Made by a program: the position numbers and the translations under genes | Assembly (NCBI RefSeq): GCF_006345805.1 | Contig: NW_021836575.1 | Location: 1 to 23,646 of the forward strand | Source of the DNA: Octopus sinensis | Lineage: Eukaryota | Length of the DNA stretch: 23,646 bases | Direction: 5' to 3' | Part shown: piece by piece, positions 18,706 through 23,646 of the stretch | How the letters are laid out: each line of letters opens with the position of its first letter | Numbering within the stretch: position 1 is the stretch's first letter | Notes under the pieces: model-generated | The model's input: only the letters and a program-made list of their open reading frames with translations | What the model was told of the DNA's origin: nothing | The model's database searches: none

Positions 18706-19100
18706 CATTGCTTTCAAACTTTGGCATACGGCCAGCAAGTTTGGGGGAGGGGTGGGGGTAAGTTGATTACATTGACCCCCCCCCCGAGTTCTCAACTGGT
18801 ACTTATTTTATCGACCCTGAAAGGATGAAGGACAAAGTCGACCTCAGCAGAATTTGAACCAAGAGAATATAGACGGTCAATATACCTATTTCTTTATTAT
18901 CCACAAGGGGCTAAACACAGAGGGACAAACAAGGACAGACATAGGTATTAAGTCGATTACATCGACCCCAGTGCGTAACTGGTACTTAATTTATCGACCC
19001 CGAAAGGATGAAAGGCAAAGTCGACCTCAGCAGAATTTGAACCAAGAGAATATAGACGGTCGATATACCACGAAACATTTTGTCTCGCATGCTAACAATT
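18706..19100 (-). mobile_element. Composite SINE-C: Tx1-tailed copy inside an older copy with a different tail
   Basis: 54-bp segment duplicated (18833-18886 and 19016-19069, 1 mismatch) around a 129-bp insert. Confidence 0.8.
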
Positions 19101-19338
19101 TTTTGCATATTTTCCAAAATTATTTTTTCAGATGGACCCTTTAAAGTCGATCTTTTTGTTTTCATGGTGCTTTTGTAAGTTTTCTTCCGTTTTTGCTTTA
19201 TTTTTGCTTTTTTCTGCTAACATCCCATTCCTCCTCCAAACAATCTTGAGAAGCGAAGCTACGATTCATCTCATTCTTTTCCACTCCTTGACTTCATTCG
19301 CCATTAACACTTTAAATATATTATTTACTAACAGCTTG

Positions 19339-19592
19339 AAGGCGCATGGCTCAGTGGTTAGAGCGTCGAGCTTACGATCGTGAGTTTGTAGAAATGAGTT
19401 GCGACGTCACTGGTGCCAAGCTGTATCGGCCCCTTTGCCTTTCCCTTGGACAACATCGGTGATGTGGAGAGGGGAGGCCGGTATGCATGGGCGACTGCTG
19501 GTCTTCCATAAAACAACCTTGCCCAGACTTGTGCCTCAGAGGGTAACTCTCTAGGTGCAAACCCATGGTCAGTGTCTGACCGAAGGGGGTCA
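19339..19592 (+). mobile_element. SINE-D with internal deletion (no recognisable B box)
   Basis: tRNA-like start GGCGCATGGCTCAGTGGTTAGAGC; perfect 14-bp TSD TTACTAACAGCTTG (19325-19338, 19593-19606). Confidence 0.85.
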
Positions 19593-19667
19593 TTACTAAC
19601 AGCTTGTTTTCATGAACTAACCACTGAAAATGTCCCCTCCAAAATATAATTTTAATTTCATCTCTCA

Positions 19668-20051
19668 TACTCTTTACTCTTTTACTTGTTTCAGTCATTT
19701 GACTGCGGCCATGCTGGAGCACCGCCTTTAGTCGAGCAAATCGACCCCGGGACTTATTCTTTGTAAGCCCAGTACTTATTCTATCGGTCTCTTTTGCCGA
19801 ACCGCTAAGTGACGGGGACGTAAACACACCAGCATCGGTTGTCAAGCAATGCTAGGGGGACAGACCCACAAACATATATACATGTATACGACAGGCTTCT
19901 TTCAGTTTCCGTCTACCAAATCCACTCACAGGGCATTGGTCGGCTCTAGGCTGTAGTAGAAAACACTTGCCCAAGGTGCCACGCAGTGGGACTGAACCTG
20001 GAACCATGTGGTTGGTAAACAAGCTACTTACCACACAGCCACTCCTGCGCC
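19668..20051 (-). mobile_element. SINE-A, full length
   Basis: Complete head and tail; TSD-like TATAATTT(T)AATT(T)CA at 19645-19660 and 20052-20065. Confidence 0.9.
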
Positions 20052-20286
20052 TATAATTTAATTCATGTAATTTCGTTAAGATAATTACTCATTTCTTTAA
20101 TCTCATTCATATTACCATTATTTTCATCTAAAATGGTGTTGTTTGGGTGTAGTTAAAAGGGGTGCTCTATTTTGGTCTTAGGGAAGAAACTATATCAGTT
20201 CTAGATGCAGTTGGGGGTGTTTGTGTTTAGGTAAATGTATCAACTATGGGTAGTTTAGCTATAATATATATCTAATTGTATATAAG

Positions 20287-20328
<42 letters not shown>

Positions 20329-20727
20329 ATACAGTAGCCATGAACAAGGTAGCACCAATAATTATGAAATATATGGGTCTCACCAGCGTGACATAGAGCT
20401 ATGGTGGGGGTAGTGTGCCAGACTAGTATGTTTAGTGCTCGGGTGCATTTAAATAACTTAGTGCTGGTAAGTACGAAAAACTCATCACGCGTATATTTTC
20501 TGAAAGTTTCGTAAGTGTGAGCTTCTTAGATTAAGTGTATAAGTTAGGTTTATGTAGATTATTGCTAATAGGAGTATGGAGTAACATACCAGTGGTACAG
20601 TATATAATGTGTAATTAGATCTACTCGTGTTAATTACTATTTAATTATCGTAACAGAAATAGGAAACAATCTTGTTGATCGAATGTAAAATCTGAAATTC
20701 AAAAGTCCTTGTATTCATCTTCCACAG

Positions 20728-20784
20728 ATTTGGCAAGTCCAAATGATTTGAGATCAGAAGGAGTTAAAAATTTCACCCAAAGTG
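20728..20784 (+). CDS. Probable internal exon (57 nt, phase 1-1): xLASPNDLRSEGVKNFTQS
   Basis: Acceptor TTGTATTCATCTTCCACAG|, donor G|GTAAGT; only the phase-1 frame is open; joins exon 23189 in frame. Confidence 0.6.
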
Positions 20785-21078
20785 GTAAGTGGATTGCCTT
20801 ATCCCCTTTCGCCTTCTAAACTAGACACAACTTTTTCAATTCTCTCTTCTATTTCTTTAACTCAACTCATAAATTTTATTCACTGTTTCATTTGTGGTTT
20901 TTGATTTCTTAAAACATTTATTCCGACCAGGCAGTTCACTAGCACAACTCAGTCACTGATAGTGACTGCTCTTTAGATAAAACAACAGCTTTGAATCTGC
21001 TCAGGTTTATCTTTCTCTGGAGTTTCCCATTGATAAAGGCCAATGAGCCAGAATCACTCATTGAGGAATCTACTAGAA

Positions 21079-21751
21079 TAGTGGTTTTTAACCGGGGTCA
21101 ATATGGCTGTTGGGGGTCCATATAGGATTTTGTTGTTAAAATTTATGTACAATTAATGGGTTATATTTTTACAGTACACAAAATATTTTAACAATTTTGT
21201 TATATAATTCCTAAAAATATTGGATCTTTTTGGTTTGACCGGCAGTTTTTAAAAATAATTTCTAGGTAGCTAAACACTTTTAAACTCCGTATACTGGAAG
21301 AATGTGTTTATAAAACATCTTCTTCTCTTGGCTTTATTGAGAAAATTCTATAGTTTGTAAGATATTTGTTGTTTTTCTTCAATTTCTTCAATTTCAACCA
21401 ATCAATGACGTCCATTGAGGTAAAAAAAACATTCTGTGCCGTATGAATATGTCCCTCGTTTAAGAAACAGATTGGGTTTATTTACATTTGTGAAGAAAAA
21501 AAGATACCCTTCCCCCCACCCCTAACCCTAAAACAGATTGAAATGCAATAGATCGATACTAGGGTCATAATTATGGGTGACAATTTCATATGACACCGCT
21601 AGAAAAAACTGCCGTTCAAACTAAAAAGATCCAAAATATTTGATTATAAGAATATACTAGGATGTTTTAAACCTGAAATGGTTATAAGGGTTCACCTGAG
21701 TATAATAGGAAACAAAGGGGTCCATAGGTGAAGAATGGTTGAGAACCATTG
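21079..21751. mobile_element. hAT-type MITE hosting the Merlin-like MITE
   Basis: TIRs TAGTGGTTTTTAACC / GGTTGAGAACCATTG; 8-bp TSD TACTAGAA/CACTAGAG. Confidence 0.7.
21222..21632. mobile_element. Merlin-like MITE, copy 2 (411 bp, uninterrupted)
   Basis: TIR GGATCTTTTT.GTTTGA.CGGCAGTTTTT; perfect 8-bp TSD AAAATATT (21214-21221, 21633-21640); a GG start with 8-bp TSD fits Merlin, other 8-bp-TSD superfamilies not excluded. Confidence 0.8.
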
Positions 21752-21995
21752 CACTAGAGGGCAGCACTGGGTAGATATGGTGTTTTAGAAGTTAAAATAT
21801 GCCACAAACTTATTTTACTATATTGTTGGATTTTCCTTGGACATGGCATGAAAAATCCCCAATGTCTCAAAGGAGTGAGTGTCGTGGGGTTTAATTACAT
21901 CCCAAAATCCCGGGTTTTTATAACTGCTCAACTTGACTTTAAAGAATCGAAATTACATACCAATATTCTTTAAGTAACTTTTAGTATCCTTATAT

Positions 21996-22296
21996 CACGT
22001 GACCGACCAGACCATCAGATGTTGTTACACATCGCTGGTCACAATGCGTTCACATTGTTTTAGCCTTCGAATGATGCCACCCCGCTGGCTAAGCGAGCAG
22101 GCCGACAGAAGAAAGAGTGGGAGAAAGAGTGGTGAAAGAGTACAGCAGGGATCACCACCCCTTGCCGGAGCCTCGTGGAGCTTTTTGGGTGTTTTCGCTC
22201 AATAAACACACACAACGCCCGGTCTGGGAATCGAAACCGCAATCCTGCGACCGCGAGTCCGCTGCCCTAACCACTAGGCCATTGCGCCTCCACAGA
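21996..22296 (-). mobile_element. SINE-B, tail type 2, full length
   Basis: 10-bp TSD ATCCTTATAT (21986-21995, 22297-22306). Confidence 0.9.
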
Positions 22297-22559
22297 ATCC
22301 TTATATGAGCAGTTATATTAACCAATGGAAAAACGACAATGATATTTCTTCGGCAATACGACGTTACGTCAAATTGGCCCCTTATTTAAAGATGGCTACT
22401 TGCAACAATATGGTTTTCCCAGCGATGTCATTTGCTTGAAGTTCACCACAAAATCTTGTTGTGTTGCACAATCTTAGTAAACAAAAGGCCCATTTATACG
22501 GTGTCGTTTATTCCCAGTTCCCTGCATAAAACATATCCAGGCTGTTTGTTATTCTATAG

Positions 22560-22778
22560 CAGGGCTTTTCAACCTTTTTGCTGGAGCGGAACCCCAAGGA
22601 AACATTCCACTGGTTCGAGGAACCCCTGTGCAATAATTTAATAGTCTTATGCACACATATCTGCACAGGACAATTCAAAATTACTGCCGATTTCAGCAGT
22701 TTTGTAACTTCTTGCGGAACCCCTGGACTGTACTGGCGGAACCCTAAGGTTCCGTGGAACCCTGGTTGAAAACCACTG
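22560..22778. mobile_element. hAT-type MITE (219 bp)
   Basis: TIRs CAGGGCTTTTCAACC / GGTTGAAAACCACTG; TSD TTCTATAG/ATCTATAG. Confidence 0.8.
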
Positions 22779-22871
22779 ATCTATAGACTGGGAAACAGAT
22801 GGAGGTTAGTGGCAGGAAGAGCATCCTACTGTTAGAAATGAAAACTCTGATCCATTCAAGCATGATGGTCA

Positions 22872-23170
22872 CTTGCTCGTTTCAGTCATTAGACTATGGC
22901 CATGCTGGGGCACTACCTTGAAGAAATTTTTAGTCTGGTACTTATTTTGTTGGTCTCCTTTGCTGAACTGCTTTGCTGAAACACACACAACCACACACGT
23001 ACACAGACACACTCACACACATGCAGACACACGACAGTCTTCTTTCAGTTTCCACCTACCAAATCTGCTCACAAGGCTTTGGTTGTCCTAAGACTATAGT
23101 GGCACGCCCTTGCCCAAGGTGCCACTAAGTGAGACTGAACCTGGACCCATGTAACTAGGAAGTAAACATC
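22872..23170 (-). mobile_element. Old, diverged SINE-A
   Basis: Degenerate tail, CA tract and head (TTGCCCAAGGTGCCAC, GACTGAACC). Confidence 0.75.
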
Positions 23171-23188
23171 TTGATTTCTTTATTTCAG

Positions 23189-23434
23189 GGGAAATACTCG
23201 GAGGAAGTGCCACCCTCTCTATTGAAATTGAAAACATGAAGAGACCGGCTGTGTGGTCTTGTGGAAATAAGAAGTACGAGTGCGATAGATCATGTGCCAA
23301 AGGTACTGAATTTCAAGTGAGTCAGAGTGGCAACAAGTCTTCTCTTTGGATGAGGAGAATAACTAACAAATGTTTGACTTGGAAATTTCTAGACGACAAC
23401 GTCGAAGGAGGGATATTTCATCTGAAAATAAACA
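23189..23434 (+). CDS. Probable exon (246 nt, phase 1-1) encoding an atypical Ig-like domain
   Basis: Acceptor TTTCTTTATTTCAG|, donor A|GTAAGG; open for 82 codons: (G)EILGGSATLSIEIENMKRPAVWSCGNKKYECDRSCAKGTEFQVSQSGNKSSLWMRRITNKCLTWKFLDDNVEGGIFHLKIN; non-repetitive sequence. Confidence 0.72.
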
Positions 23435-23485
23435 GTAAGGAAATTAATTATAATGATACTTTTGGAAATTGTAGTTGTGATACCA

Positions 23486-23646
23486 GTGCCGCCGGTGGCA
23501 TGTAAGAGAACCATCAGAACCGGGTCAGCTGGCCTCTGTGCCGGTAGCACGTAAAAAGCACCAATCTGATCGTTGCTGTTGCCAGCATCGCCTGGCACCT
23601 GTGCCGGTGACACGTAAAAAGCACCAATCCGATCATGGCCATTGCC
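23486..23646 (+). repeat. Short tandem motif CCGGT(G/A)(G/A)CA(C/T)GTAA..AGCACCA x3, probably the start of a retroelement running off the window
   Basis: Motif at 23492, 23541, 23604. Confidence 0.55.

Noticed and set aside
20555-20610. Signal-peptide-like stretch LLLIGVWSNIPV
   Set aside because: No in-frame ATG, and the donor would be phase 0, incompatible with the next exon
20930-21075. Possible exon TDSDCSLDKTT...
   Set aside because: No convincing acceptor or donor; stops in the phase-1 frame after the best AG

Overview
AT-rich, repeat-dominated eukaryotic genomic DNA. The repeat families (tRNA-headed SINEs with internal (TA)/(GT) tracts, Helitrons, Tx1-clade LINE) resemble those I know from octopus/cephalopod genomes; this is recognition, not a database result. 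Nearly all ORFs in the supplied track are SINE or microsatellite artefacts. Real coding signal is limited to: (i) a frameshifted, internally deleted L1/Tx1-clade LINE on the minus strand (14768-16656), (ii) a degenerate piggyBac transposase fragment (~2290-2480), and (iii) a probable host gene on the plus strand, with two frame-compatible phase-1 exons (20728-20784, 23189-23434), the second encoding an atypical Ig-like domain. Most of the window is therefore probably intron. The best leads: the LINE and one SINE family share a 3' tail, and that SINE's head is fused to the LINE; that SINE twice abuts the same GGTAT site of its own family; a 934-bp palindrome carries two independent mirror-position SINE insertions; there is a perfect 89-bp-arm palindrome; and a fold-back contains a degenerate hammerhead-like motif with G3:C8 covariation. 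There are no prokaryotic features and no CRISPR. SINE family labels A-D are my own working names. Homopolymer-length differences between tandem copies suggest that some indels may be assembly noise.
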